Below are positions 32,274 to 43,247 of a stretch of DNA of 47,702 nt, in pieces. Position 1 is the first letter of the stretch. Each line of letters opens with the position of its first letter. Origin of the DNA: Corallochytrium limacisporum Hawaii (Eukaryota > Protista > Pluriformea); assembly GCA_002811645.1 (NCBI GenBank), contig PDIP01000263.1, positions 1 through 47,702 on the forward strand, read 5' to 3'. The translations under genes and the position numbers were made by a program. The notes under the pieces are model-generated. The model did not search any database and was not told the origin of the DNA. It worked only from the letters and a program-made list of their open reading frames with translations.

Positions 32274-32762
32274 TCAGGCTTTAGTTGGTTCACTGTCCTT
32301 GGCAGGTTCACTGTCTTTGGCAGGTTCACTGTCTTTGGCAGGTTCACTGTCTTTGACAGGTTCACTGGCTTTGGGTGGAGCATCGCCGACCCGCACGAAG
32401 GCAACGTAGCGGATGTATCCCTGTTGTTCTCGCTGCTCGCCTGACTCGAGCATAATGCCTTTGGGTTCAAAATAAGTTGACCACTGTTTGCAGACAGCTT
32501 CGACACGCTCGTTCTTCTTGTTTTCGATGTCAGCTGTGACTTCGCCAGTCATGGTACCAGCAGTGAAGATGGTGGTCATGATCTTCTTGGTCTTTGCTCC
32601 ACCGGGGGTCTTGACTGCAGCGGACAACTCAGCAACAAAAGTAGCCCATTTCGCTGCATCAATGTCGTAACCCTGCAGAGGCGTAGGCATGCGGGTGTCG
32701 AAAGGGCTGTCCCTGTCAAAGTGGCTGCTCTGTTTCAGCCGTGCCATTTCCATTTCCGACAT
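32274..32762 (-). CDS. Small protein, possibly GOLGA7/ERF4-like domain, with a KDSEPA tandem-repeat tail
   Basis: 162-aa ATG ORF with Kozak-like accATG. P.PLQG..ID..KWATFVAEL and W..YFEPKGI resemble the ERF4-like pattern. Family call is tentative. Confidence 0.6.
   Translation of the reverse strand: MSEMEMARLKQSSHFDRDSPFDTRMPTPLQGYDIDAAKWATFVAELSAAVKTPGGAKTKKIMTTIFTAGTMTGEVTADIENKKNERVEAVCKQWSTYFEPKGIMLESGEQREQQGYIRYVAFVRVGDAPPKASEPVKDSEPAKDSEPAKDSEPAKDSEPTKA
32287..32372 (-). repeat. 18-bp coding tandem repeat (about 4.7 copies) encoding KDSEPA
   Basis: ggttcactgtctttggca repeated with few substitutions. Confidence 0.9.
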
Positions 32763-33277
32763 GGTTAGTGGGTTGGTAATTCTCTGTTATTAAGTTTTCC
32801 AAATATTACATCAGGTTCCTAAAGTTCCTTGTGTACACCTTATTGCGGTAGATCTTTGTGCCTGCTGATATACCCGGACAAACCACACGCTTGGCGAAGC
32901 GAATGGACATTCCGCTCCCAAATATTGCCGCCCCGCTGAAGCCGGGTGAGGGCTTAAAATCTTCCTCCCGTATTTCAAACCGTCGGGACGGGACGGGGAA
33001 AATCTTTCTCGGCTCTCTCACTCCCTCTCCCCAATTTGCGGAGAGCCAAAACAGTGCCAGAGTTCCCTCCTTTTTCCTCGCTTCGCTTCCCTGCCATTCC
33101 GCACACCTGACAGGGTCAGCAGCGATGATCGAGAGACTTGCGGTGACCTGGACAATGTTGTTGTACTAGCACGATGCCATCCATCAAAAAAGAAAGGATC
33201 CTACAAATGACATGTTTTGCGTATTATACACAAGATGGTAAGAATTCTTCTATCATGATGAACCGGTTCCTAATTGT

Positions 33278-34639
33278 TTACTTCTGGCCGGCGGGGGCCT
33301 GGCCATTGTCGAGGTTCTTAAGCAAATGGAACAGCACTGCAGCCTCTTTGATGCGGCTGAATTCGATGCAGAAGGCCTGGACTTCGATGGTGATTTCTTG
33401 GACATCGATGATTTTGTTTCTTATCAGACTTTGCAAGAACACACAGAGCAATCGGACCAGACGAGCCTGTTGGTACTTGTCCTTGATGTTAAAGCAGGTG
33501 GAAATACAGTTGGTGATGTAGAACTGCAGAAACTCCTTGGGCAGCTCGACGGTAGTAGTCAGTCGGTTCACGACTTCCATAGAGTGCAAGCTCAGGGGCA
33601 TTTCAACCAGGACGCTGAGGTACTCCGTGATATGCGGCGTGTTCATCAGACTAAGGAGGACCTCAATGGCTACGTCTGGGTTGCTGTCGACCAGTGACGG
33701 CAGCTTGCTGGGCTTGATACCGAGCTGGAACACCAGTTGACGATCCTTCTGCAGTGCTCCCATAATGGCTTTAGCTTCTTCAATACCCAGTGACTGCTGC
33801 ATTGCTCGACTCATGATCTTCCGGTACTCTGAAATCTTTTGGTCGTCGATGCAGGCACCGTCATCCCAACGCAGTTCGTAAGATGTGACCTGAGGAGTAA
33901 TCCATTGTAGTTCATCATCGCTCACTGTGTGTAGAGGTGGCGGCAGGTGCACAACGGGCAAAGCAAGACGACTGTACGGCAATGTAACGCCATGGTCAAC
34001 TAGTAGAGCGTTGGTCGCAGCCTTGTGAGCTGGTCCACTCTGCTGAGGTGCCTTGCCGTCACTGTCGCGCAACACTGCGGGCTCGTTCGGTGCGGACAGA
34101 CCTCTTGAGGTCTCATCATACTTTTCCTGTACGACCTGCTCCAATTTTGTCAGGTCAACCTGGCTCAGAGCTTTGTTGCATACGTCCCGCTGTGAAAAGC
34201 TCTGTGCGACATCGACAGCCTTCATTTCTTTCAGCTGCCCGTTATTGCTTGCGAAAATCATGGTGGCTAAGAACGCACGCTCACGTTCAGTAAGAATCAA
34301 ATGATTCAATGGCGGTGCTCCATCGGTATCTGCTGTGGCAGGATCGCTTAACACGGCCACAAAGAGTGGTAGGAAGGGATTGTGTTCCACCGGCTTTTCT
34401 TCGTAGACAGTGTACAAAATATAGAGTACAGTAATCCTATCCGCTACTTCGGGCAACAAGTCTATCTGCTCAAGTAAAATAGAAATGCTGCATAAAACCC
34501 GGAAGACTTCATGGTGAGGAAAAGTTTCTAGAAACCGTGCCTTTTTCTGTTCCAATGTTGCACCCTTATCGAACAAGACATTGGCCGCCGTTTCCAACTC
34601 ACCCGAGTTGAGACAGAAGCTCTTGTAAACTTCTGTCAT
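33278..34639 (-). CDS. CNOT11: CCR4-NOT complex subunit 11
   Basis: NPFLPLF, LPSLVDSNPDVAIEVL, SLHSMEVVNRL, QARLVRLLCVFLQSLIRNKII, EVQAFCIEFSRIKEAA. Confidence 0.95.
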   Translation of the reverse strand: MTEVYKSFCLNSGELETAANVLFDKGATLEQKKARFLETFPHHEVFRVLCSISILLEQIDLLPEVADRITVLYILYTVYEEKPVEHNPFLPLFVAVLSDPATADTDGAPPLNHLILTERERAFLATMIFASNNGQLKEMKAVDVAQSFSQRDVCNKALSQVDLTKLEQVVQEKYDETSRGLSAPNEPAVLRDSDGKAPQQSGPAHKAATNALLVDHGVTLPYSRLALPVVHLPPPLHTVSDDELQWITPQVTSYELRWDDGACIDDQKISEYRKIMSRAMQQSLGIEEAKAIMGALQKDRQLVFQLGIKPSKLPSLVDSNPDVAIEVLLSLMNTPHITEYLSVLVEMPLSLHSMEVVNRLTTTVELPKEFLQFYITNCISTCFNIKDKYQQARLVRLLCVFLQSLIRNKIIDVQEITIEVQAFCIEFSRIKEAAVLFHLLKNLDNGQAPAGQK

Positions 34640-35328
34640 ACTTGTATGTGATACTACAGTCCTTCCTCTTTTCAGCTCATTTCCTTGGAATGAAAACTCA
34701 CATGACCTACGAATTGGTCAAAATACACTACTTGTTTTCGATCAATACATTTCTCCGATGCATGCCCATATCGAACTAAAGCAAACATTTATGCTCCACG
34801 AAAAACAAAACTCACACGAAGCCAATCTATTCCATAGTAAATACCAAGCTTGCTTTGGGAACCAGAAAAAGTTATCAAAGCCAAGAATTATTACGGAGCA
34901 CGGTCAACTTCGTTCGTGCCCCTTTCGACGTGTGCTCTCCGTATTTTCCCTTTGCTTTGCGAACAGACAAACCTCCGGTGGCGCTGCTGACCCGGTGCCA
35001 GGTTGGAAAAGGGCGGCAGGCCTGGTCCTCCCCAGGGGCCGGTAGGTCGCACACCGACGGAGTAGCAGCGTTTTTGCGCACCGTCCAAACCGGGGACACC
35101 CCCCGCTGCCTGCGTTGAAAAGCCACCGCCACGCGCCCCCCCCCTCCCCCTCCCCCCCGGCTCGCAGCGGAGCGAGGGGGCTGTGCCGCTGGCCAGAAAG
35201 AGATCAGCGGATGCTTGGACAAGACGATCCAGAGTGGGAGCTTACAACCTGGTCCTTCTGACCACGATTCTAAGGATATCATGCTACATGTATAATAAAC
35301 TTGTTCGGATTGGATGAGTGTGCCGCGT

Positions 35329-36081
35329 TCACTGCTTCTTCTTGGTATCCAGTTTCTTCATCTCTTCGGCTGTGGCTTCGCGATACCACAAAACCTGGGC
35401 AACTACCAACCCGTTCAGGACCACGCCCACCACGGCTTGCAGCAGAATAATCGGATCGTCGACCTCCTTGATGATGGTAAAGCAGCGAGCAGATGATCCG
35501 GCAAACAAGAGGAAGACAGTGGCGAAGCTGAGCGTGCCTGTGTGGCCGTTCCTGAAATTGTCGTAGATCTGTGGTGCCTTGGAAATTGCAAAGAGTGGTG
35601 CATTGTACTGCTGCACGGTACGCAAGAGTGGCAGCTGGATTGAGTTATTCTGCAGTCCGAGGCCAACTGCACCCAGAATCCCTGAAAACAAACCACCAAT
35701 GAAGAATGTACCCTCGAATGCGAAGTAGATATAGCAGATGATGCTGTTCTGGAAGAACAAGAAGATATACTCTGCCCATGTGCTGATAGGGTACCCCGAG
35801 TACCAGTTGTACAGCACATTGTTCAAGTACAGCACTGTTTCAAGCAGGTAGCCCGCCAGAGAGATACCCTCCACAGATTGGAGGCGCAGACATGTAACGA
35901 TCTGGGGCACTTTGACGAGTGAAGCTCCCGCCACAATACCAAGGGACAGTCCTCGACTTAACACAAAGCTGGCACATTCCATGTTAAAGTCCTGCTTCTC
36001 AGTAAGGAGCTCCCAGCAGCCAGGAGCGAAGAAGTAACCCTTGAAGAGCTCGAGGCCCTGTTGCATCAATTCCGCTGCCAT
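35329..36081 (-). CDS. MPDU1: Mannose-P-dolichol utilization defect 1 (PQ-loop) protein
   Basis: LSLGIVAGASLVKVPQI, SKAPQI..NFRNGHTGTLS, GSSARCFT, C-terminal KKKQ ER-retrieval-like tail. First ATG is 36081. Confidence 0.92.
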   Translation of the reverse strand: MAAELMQQGLELFKGYFFAPGCWELLTEKQDFNMECASFVLSRGLSLGIVAGASLVKVPQIVTCLRLQSVEGISLAGYLLETVLYLNNVLYNWYSGYPISTWAEYIFLFFQNSIICYIYFAFEGTFFIGGLFSGILGAVGLGLQNNSIQLPLLRTVQQYNAPLFAISKAPQIYDNFRNGHTGTLSFATVFLLFAGSSARCFTIIKEVDDPIILLQAVVGVVLNGLVVAQVLWYREATAEEMKKLDTKKKQ

Positions 36082-36501
36082 GATCGTTCGTGTGATCAGA
36101 CCTATGGTATTCTCATAAGACTGTAACAAACACAGTCAAGCAGACATTTACACGGACTGCTGTTCTCTCTTAGCTTTTAAGTGGAGGATAGCGTTCGACG
36201 AGACCTATTTTCATTTGGACCACATCTTTGGGCCTTGATGAGGTGTATCCCGTGTACACACACGCAACTCTTCAAGAAAGGGCGGGTCGATGTCGTTTGA
36301 GGTTCGCTAAGGCATAACACCCGCTGTGCGCAGACGACTGGGGTGGGGGGGGGGGAGAGGGGTAATAGTGGTGGCGGCCCGGAGCGAGTCTATGGTGTGC
36401 GCAATGTTGAAGGCGCCTACTTTGTTAATGGTCATCGGTTGTGAAAGGACCACGGTGCGAAAAGACAGCCCTGATTATGTATGATTCTTCGTGTCATGTG
36501 T

Positions 36502-36546
36502 ATGATGATGGTAATGATGATTTGGATGATGATGATGATGATGATG
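36502..36546. repeat. (ATG)n microsatellite just downstream of CTU1
   Basis: Read directly from the sequence. Confidence 0.8.
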
Positions 36547-36578
36547 GTTTGATGGGACTGAAAGTCTGATATATGGAA

Positions 36579-37652
36579 TCACCACTGCAGTGTAACTGGT
36601 CCTCCCTTTGCCGCCGCCACTGGCGTGCTACCAATTTGCTGCTTCTGCTTCTCCTCTAGTTCTTTCTCGTAGTCTTCGGCGTACATGTGATGTCGGCGAC
36701 GCATCTTTGATTCTTTACCGATGCCCAGCTTCGGCAGACCGCGGTTCAAACCCTCAAGCAGGACACATGCTTTGCACACGCGATTGGATGACAGCATACC
36801 ACAACGCTCACATGTGCGCTGGGTTCGCGATTCTGTCTCACCATCGGCCTCAAAGGATTCACCAGCGCGGATAATCTCCAGAATGGCACGAGGCCGAATG
36901 CGTTCAATGTCCTTGAGGAACGCACGGGCAAATCCACGATACGCGTTCGGAGAGTAGATACACTCAGTGCTGAAGTAATCCAGCTTCTTGAAATGAGCGT
37001 AAAGTACAATTTCCTTTTCGTAGGTATACTTGAACGGTTTGCAGCGTGGTAGACAGCCCTCCTGGCCTGTTGTGATTGCTGTGCATCGACGGAGGCGTGT
37101 TACGTCTCCGCGGAAGATGTTCATGAGCACAGTCTCTGCAACGTCATCTGCATTGTGACCAGTTACGACACGATCGACCTCTAGTTGACCAGCACCACGG
37201 TCAAGTGCCTGTCGCCGTAGTACACCGCAAAAGGTACAATTGTTAGACTTCCCCACTGCACTAACTACGTCATCCATGGTCCAGCCATACAAATCGCCGT
37301 AGCTCACAATCTTCAGTGGCAGATTGTATTGAATCTGATTGCCCTTCACCGTTTCCAAACTATCGTCCCTATAACCTGAAATGCCTTCATCCACAGATAA
37401 CAAGAACAGATTAAGACCGTAGTCATAGCGTTCATTCAGGGTAGTCAGCACATGAGCTAGTACAGTTGAGTCCTTACCTCCCGATGCCCCAATCGCAACG
37501 CGTTCGCCGCGCCTAAACAGCTTTTCGTTGACTATGGTATGATGAATTTCGGTCTCGAAAACTTCGTAGAAACACGGTTTACATACAGGCTGTCCTGTCT
37601 TCGGTCGTTTCAAAGCCGCACCACGGTCTTGGCAAAGTTCACACTTCCTCAT
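36579..37652 (-). CDS. CTU1: Cytoplasmic tRNA 2-thiolation protein 1 (NCS6/CTU1)
   Basis: CxxC N-terminus, SGGKDS PP-loop, [23 protein letters not shown]-terminal [16 protein letters not shown]. Confidence 0.97.
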   Translation of the reverse strand: MRKCELCQDRGAALKRPKTGQPVCKPCFYEVFETEIHHTIVNEKLFRRGERVAIGASGGKDSTVLAHVLTTLNERYDYGLNLFLLSVDEGISGYRDDSLETVKGNQIQYNLPLKIVSYGDLYGWTMDDVVSAVGKSNNCTFCGVLRRQALDRGAGQLEVDRVVTGHNADDVAETVLMNIFRGDVTRLRRCTAITTGQEGCLPRCKPFKYTYEKEIVLYAHFKKLDYFSTECIYSPNAYRGFARAFLKDIERIRPRAILEIIRAGESFEADGETESRTQRTCERCGMLSSNRVCKACVLLEGLNRGLPKLGIGKESKMRRRHHMYAEDYEKELEEKQKQQIGSTPVAAAKGGPVTLQW

Positions 37653-37979
37653 GCTTGCAACGTGTGAAAACTTGCGCTAACCCGGAGAACTCAGGAAAAC
37701 AATGTCCCTGTACTACATGTTCTGCCTAGATTTAAATAGAATATCCACAAACACAAAAGTGTATCATTCTCAGTGTGAAAGTGGATCGAACATGGCTCAC
37801 CTTTAACTGACTGATACCGAAATACCACGACCGACACTCTGCCCCGAAGGATTGGGACACAGTCCCGCACGCGGGGCAGCGAAGGTGAGACCCCCGTACA
37901 GAGCCCAGTCCAAAAAAAAAAGCCCAAGGGGCCAAAAAAAAAATCGAGTAGTTTTACTATAGAAATTGGGCCAAAAGTG

Positions 37980-38053
37980 CACACCCGGCGGGACTCGAAC
38001 CCGCAATCTTTGGCTTAGGAGGCCAACGCGTTATCCAATTGCGCTACGGGTGC
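37980..38053 (-). tRNA. tRNA-Arg(CCT), intronless
   Basis: GCACCCG/CGGGTGT acceptor stem, TTGGC-CT-CCT-AA-GCCAA anticodon arm, GCGGG-TTCGAGT-CCCGC T arm. Followed by a TTTT Pol III terminator. Confidence 0.95.
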
Positions 38054-38419
38054 AGCTGCGCCCAGTAGAAACTCTATAGTGAATGTATAGGGCGAAAAAT
38101 TAATATATATATTCATAAATAGTAGCATTTTGGACCGAACCCGGTACGCGCTTGCGCGTGTTTGGGGGAGCCCGCAGACCGTGACTCCGCAGAATGTCTT
38201 TTTTTGGCTGCGAACAAGTTTGGAGGAAACATAATTCTGTGCACACTCAACGATAGACTACCATCATGATCTTGCTTGATCATACCCTCTTCAATATATT
38301 GTTCATCACAACACCTATTTGGGGGCTTCCGATACTGACGTCCCTTGCATGCGTCGGAGACCAATTGTGCTCGAACCTTATCAGTTTGAGAATCGTTTTG
38401 GTAATTTTTGAAAGTGACC

Positions 38420-38653
38420 ATGGCCCGCGGTCAGCAGAAGATCCAGTCTCAGCAGAAGGCCCGTGAAAAGGCTCAAAAGAAGGCTGCCGCCGAAGGTCGT
38501 GACATGAAGGCAGCTGCTAAGGCTGCCCTGAAGCACTCTTGCCCGGTTTGTAAGTCTCAGATGCCCGATCCCAAGACGGTGCGCCAGCACTTTGAATCCA
38601 AGCACTCAAAGCTCCCCCTTCCTGATGAGCTGAAGGATGTGCCACAGGTGTAA
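38420..38653 (+). CDS. ZNF706: ZNF706-like small 4F5/C2H2 zinc-finger protein
   Basis: MARGQQKIQSQQK, AAAKAALK, CPVCKSQMPDPKT..QHFESKH.KLPLP. Confidence 0.93.
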   Translation: MARGQQKIQSQQKAREKAQKKAAAEGRDMKAAAKAALKHSCPVCKSQMPDPKTVRQHFESKHSKLPLPDELKDVPQV

Positions 38654-38752
38654 TTTAATAAACTTCGGGCGGAGTAAATTAAGAATAAAGTATGAAAATC
38701 GGAAAGACAAACAATAGAAAAGATCTTGAGCATGGTTCTTTACAAAGTACTT

Positions 38753-40756
38753 TCACTCGCGCAGCACTGCAGTTTGACGCATGCCTTCTTGCAGATCTGC
38801 AGAGGTGACAGTCGTCCTACCGTCACGTAGAGCGTTGAATTTGGCGTGGTCTACAACACTGCGTAGTTCACTAACGGCCCAGCCTTCAGTTCTACGAACA
38901 GTGTCCTGCAAAGCATTCACGTCTGACTCTGCCACCACAGGACAGAATCGGCGCAAGAGTGCGAGTCGCGCATCCACACTGGGCGCCGTCAGCTTACGTA
39001 CGCAACCACCCAATCGCGAAGGTGCCAACAGTGGACCAGCCACCATGTCCAAGTCCTCCGTGATCCCGACCACTAGAATGAAATCTCCCGCACCTGCCCT
39101 CTTCTTACATTGTTCCATTTGTGCCACGAAGACCGCCAACATCCGCTCATCCACTGACGTATCATTTCCTTCGAAAGACTTCACTCCACCACCTAGTAGC
39201 TCCAATTGCTCAACCAGCAGCATTGATGGTGCGGCCTGGTGAGCTCGCACAAAAACATCTTTAATCGCCCGCTCTGCTTCACCGACAAGCGGCTGTCTCA
39301 GTTCAGCCACGCTGCACCGCACGACGTTCCACCCGAGCTCCGCGGCAAGACACTTGGCCACGAATAGCTTTCCGCAGCCATTCGGTCCGTGTAGTACCAC
39401 ACCGGTCACAGGTGGAACACCGGTTTTTCGGAACACTTCTGGCCTCGCGCGTTGAATGACCTGTGTCCTCAGCTCTTGCACCAAGTGGTCATGGCCGATG
39501 ACGGCTCCCAAACCCTTTGTCACATACTCCCCGTCGTTCGCAGATTCTTCCAACGATACGGTGCTGTCCAGCAAGACCGACGGCGGGACGGTACGCCTGG
39601 CCCGCTGAAAGACGGTTAGGAGGTCCGAGCCCTCTTGCTTATGGCACAGTACCAGGAGTTCTCGACAGAGTCGAGCCATGTCGCCGATTGTGTACCCGGC
39701 ACACTGACTCGCCATGCTCTCGAGCACAGTCTGGTTTGCTACCTCCGTTACGTCGACGATCTCTGTGGCCCCACGCAGCAGGCGCGTAAGTGATGCAAGT
39801 CTCTCGCGTGGACTCAAAGCCCCGGTCACGAGGATGGCATCGCGGCCGATGCGAGTTGGCGTGAACAGGGCCGAATGAAGTGTGTCGGGACTCTCCCCTG
39901 ATACTAACACCATCAAAATATCCGCCTTGCTGAATTCATTGAAAAGGTCTAGAAAACCCAGCAAGGTAGCCAAAACGCCCAGATTTTCGTTCGATGCTTC
40001 GATCGCTCTCCGGCTTGCGATTGCGTCAACATTGTCAAGGATCAGCATACCCTTCAGTGATCCGGTCAACCTACCACCGTCCCGCTGAGCATTGTAATCC
40101 GCTTGTGCAATTATGCGCTGACAATGATCCTTCAGTTCTCTTTCCGCCTGGCCGCGGAAACTCTGACGCAGCCTGGCCACATCAACGAGAGTGCTGCATC
40201 CCGGGAACAGTCGATCTAACTGGGCTGCCAGATTCGATTTTCCGCTAGCGGCTGCACCAGTAACTAAAATTCCCGATCCGGACCGGGTGGTTCCATTGTA
40301 CCAATGCTGTATGTGGTCCAATATAGTAGAATGCCATGGCATGTCAGCCTTCAGTTCAGACGTCCAATCCCGTTTTGAGGCTTGATTCTCCAAGATAGTC
40401 TCTATGGGCACGACTTCGCACTTCGTAGACTTTCCAACATAACAGTCCGTATCCTTTGGTTCACTAGCATGTACTAGCATAATTTCCTCTCTTTCAATGT
40501 CATCAAATGTCAGCATCTCCCCCGCGCGTATCCGTCGCCCCAGAAGCAAGCTATTGCAGATCCTTTCTGTGATAAGTTCATTAGAAGGCTTCGGAATCCA
40601 ACCACCGGCAATTCCCTCCATCCATTTGCGAAGAACTGGGTCATTTCTATCGAACACTGGTGATACAAACACGGACGTGGCCTCCAAGATCGTATCCAAT
40701 GCCCCTAAGGGTCGATCTCCGGAACCCTGGTGCGGTTGCTCCGCAGCCGGCGTCAT
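38753..40756 (-). CDS. Divergent double-AAA protein of the CDC48/AFG2/PEX1 clade with degenerate catalytic motifs
   Basis: D1 has GAAASGKS and LILDNVD. D2 has PEVFRKTGVPPVTGVVLHGPNGCGKL, LVGEAERAIKDVFVRA..AAPS and LLVEQLE. Confidence 0.8.
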   Translation of the reverse strand: MTPAAEQPHQGSGDRPLGALDTILEATSVFVSPVFDRNDPVLRKWMEGIAGGWIPKPSNELITERICNSLLLGRRIRAGEMLTFDDIEREEIMLVHASEPKDTDCYVGKSTKCEVVPIETILENQASKRDWTSELKADMPWHSTILDHIQHWYNGTTRSGSGILVTGAAASGKSNLAAQLDRLFPGCSTLVDVARLRQSFRGQAERELKDHCQRIIAQADYNAQRDGGRLTGSLKGMLILDNVDAIASRRAIEASNENLGVLATLLGFLDLFNEFSKADILMVLVSGESPDTLHSALFTPTRIGRDAILVTGALSPRERLASLTRLLRGATEIVDVTEVANQTVLESMASQCAGYTIGDMARLCRELLVLCHKQEGSDLLTVFQRARRTVPPSVLLDSTVSLEESANDGEYVTKGLGAVIGHDHLVQELRTQVIQRARPEVFRKTGVPPVTGVVLHGPNGCGKLFVAKCLAAELGWNVVRCSVAELRQPLVGEAERAIKDVFVRAHQAAPSMLLVEQLELLGGGVKSFEGNDTSVDERMLAVFVAQMEQCKKRAGAGDFILVVGITEDLDMVAGPLLAPSRLGGCVRKLTAPSVDARLALLRRFCPVVAESDVNALQDTVRRTEGWAVSELRSVVDHAKFNALRDGRTTVTSADLQEGMRQTAVLRE

Positions 40757-41164
40757 GTCTCACTTGATACTCGCACTAGGACACTGAGTGAAGCTGTAGA
40801 TATCCTCAATTGCGATAGAACCTCTTGAATAGTTGAATTCCTTGCTCACAAAACAAAGTGATCAGATGCTGTTCACAGCCAGTCTCGTCCGCGGCTGCAA
40901 TGGCGGAGCGGCAGAAATTTGCGCGCTTTGCGGACCGCGCACCTGAGAGAACGGGGGGGGCAAAGGGGGTGGGGCACTCGCAGGGACTGCGGGAGAGGAA
41001 GGGAAAGAAACGCGAATTGCACTTGTGTCAGCAAAGTCATTCTCAGTTGTAATGATCTAGCTTTAATCTTGTCTTTATTGAGTAACTCAAGACGATGGTA
41101 ATGATTACCAATGTCAACCGTGTGGTATCGACCTATACCTGTAGTATGGCAATGACAGCCAAGC

Positions 41165-41848
41165 TTAGGCAATAGCCTTGACGCCACCGCGAGGCTTGTA
41201 CCTCTTGGCCTCCTCAATCTCACGGTCCAACCACCACATGGTGCCCGGTGATACATCGCTCTTACGGGCCTTACGGACAGCAGCTTCAGCCTCGACCAGA
41301 GCCCGGTTGAGAGCAAGGGGGTCAGCAGCCTCCAGCTGGGCCAGCTCGGCAGCGGCCATCTTAGCTCTCACACCTTCGCCCTCTGATTTCTTGCGCAGCT
41401 CTGTCTTCTTATTCTCGATAGCCTCAATTTCGGCCTGCACCGTCTCAAGAGCAGCCTCTGCCTTGTCGAGTGCAACGCTACTGGTCTGTTCACGCTTGCA
41501 CATGTCGTCAGGGGTGTGCTGGTACCGCCACAACAGATACTCAACCATGCTGACCTTCTTATTGCTGTTCAAATCGATTTCCCGCATCCGCTCGCGCATC
41601 TCAAGGACAGTGAGGGGCTCACCAAAGGCCTCAAGGAGACGGTGGGCCTGGAACTCATCCAGCTCACAACCGTGACGTTTCTTGTCGTCCAGTTCGACCA
41701 TCTTGTGATAGACATTCCAGATATTCTCCGCTTCCGTCTCACCGTGCTGCTTCCAGTAGGCGTTCAGGAAGAACTTGGCCTGGCTGGCATACTCCTTCAC
41801 TGTGAGTTCGGCCATCATGGCCGAGACGTCAATTGCCCCCTGAGACAT
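41165..41848 (-). CDS. Calcium-regulated actin-bundling protein (Dictyostelium ABP34-like), EF-hand
   Basis: YASQAKFFLNAYW, EF loop IDLNSNKKVSMVEYLL, ALVEAEAAVRKA, GTMWWLDREIEEAK all resemble recalled ABP34 motifs. Likely ATG is 41848. Confidence 0.8.
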   Translation of the reverse strand: MSQGAIDVSAMMAELTVKEYASQAKFFLNAYWKQHGETEAENIWNVYHKMVELDDKKRHGCELDEFQAHRLLEAFGEPLTVLEMRERMREIDLNSNKKVSMVEYLLWRYQHTPDDMCKREQTSSVALDKAEAALETVQAEIEAIENKKTELRKKSEGEGVRAKMAAAELAQLEAADPLALNRALVEAEAAVRKARKSDVSPGTMWWLDREIEEAKRYKPRGGVKAIA

Positions 41849-43247
41849 GATTGGTATGCTCTTATGTAGTACACTATTGGCTGGTTCGCGTAATGTCTGA
41901 TCGTACCCTTTCCTGCTAATAAACTGAAACTCCTTAAGTACCAATGTAAAAAGGGGTACGGAGGAGTCCATACGACCATTGCACCCGGACGACGACAACC
42001 TGCACAGCGGGCGGATAAATTATGCTCTCATCTCAACAGCAGAGCAACCACACTGAGCATAAGAAGGTAATGCAACACCCTTGCTCACACACCGGAACGG
42101 GGCCCATTCCCCAGAGTCGCGGACGGCGCACTAGCGAAAGCCAAAACACTCGCTTCGTCGGCATTGTCATCTCTGCGTAGCATTGTCCATCTGGAGAGAA
42201 TTGGCACGAATCCTAAACTTTCCCTTCGGTTGTTCGCATGTCATCAATAGCAGAGTTTTTCTGTTGAAGTGATTAGAGCACTCCGGGAGTGAGCAAGTTC
42301 GGACGGTCCAACCAGCGCAAACGGCAACGGCAACTGCATTCACACTGACATCACCACGCCACGGTCTTGGTAGTGGAAGTACTGGACATTTGAGACGCAA
42401 GAAGTTGGGATTTCCAACGCTGGTTGTCAATCGCACAAAGTCTGGGGCACCGGTATCCACAGAGGAGACAGAGATGGCCCCCGTGCAGGTTCACTATAAA
42501 AGATATACTGGCCGACCTCCATGGGAAAGGGTAGCACGCACCATTTTCCGTGCTGCCAAATTTTTTCTCCTGGGTGTGTCCGTTACTTTTAGCTTGGGAT
42601 TTGCATAAGCAAGGTTTTGTTGGGTCCGCAATCGTTGGTACATTCATTACTGATATCCCACTTGCGACTTGCCCTCCCGCTTCCAGCCCGCAATGTTTAT
42701 TGTCTTGCTCCTGAAGGCTCAGGGACGCTGTCATTGGCTGAGAACGGATCCAACTTCCAGCTGAATGGCCGCAAAAATAAAATTAGGCCCCCAAAACTTC
42801 AATACGGTAATCACTTTAGCCTGGGTTTTCGCCACATTGGTACATTCGCTATTGCGATCGACCAAAACCATCGTGATTTCAAGGAGTTGATTGAAAGTAT
42901 ATATAATTATGCGCCCAGATACCGGGGTTCTTTTTTTTTTGCAGTTTGCAATGGCCATTTGGCCCTGCGCGGTTTTGGCGCGCGGGTTCCCTTTGAAACC
43001 CGGCGGAGCCTGTTGAGGCGAGTCTCAACGCTGGGGAGCCGGACTATTGCCGCAGAGCTATGTAGAGGATCCTAAGTTGAAGACTCATGAACACCCTGGA
43101 TGTTAATGGTTTTCACACCATGAGAGACTCGTAAGTATGCTTATTTACTTTCATGTTCGATAAGATTCCAGGAAGCAAGGATGTAGAACCATTTTAAGCA
43201 GGAAGAGTGCTGTTACTTTACTCTCGTCAGCAAACCAGCGAACAATT

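Noticed and set aside
32287-32372. Repeat array resembling CRISPR
   Set aside because: Head-to-tail 18-bp units with no spacers, inside a eukaryotic CDS.
36500-36570. C/D-box snoRNA (ATGATGA...CTGA)
   Set aside because: The C-box matches come from an (ATG)n microsatellite, and I saw no terminal stem or guide.
26906-40756. Functional cluster of RNA-metabolism genes (DIS3L, CNOT11, CTU1, tRNA, AAA)
   Set aside because: Interspersed with unrelated genes, and such housekeeping genes are common. There is no evidence of co-regulation.
42617-43075. 152-aa non-ATG ORF and neighbouring short ORFs in the 42.0-43.2 kb spacer
   Set aside because: No ATG start for the main ORF and no recognisable domain.
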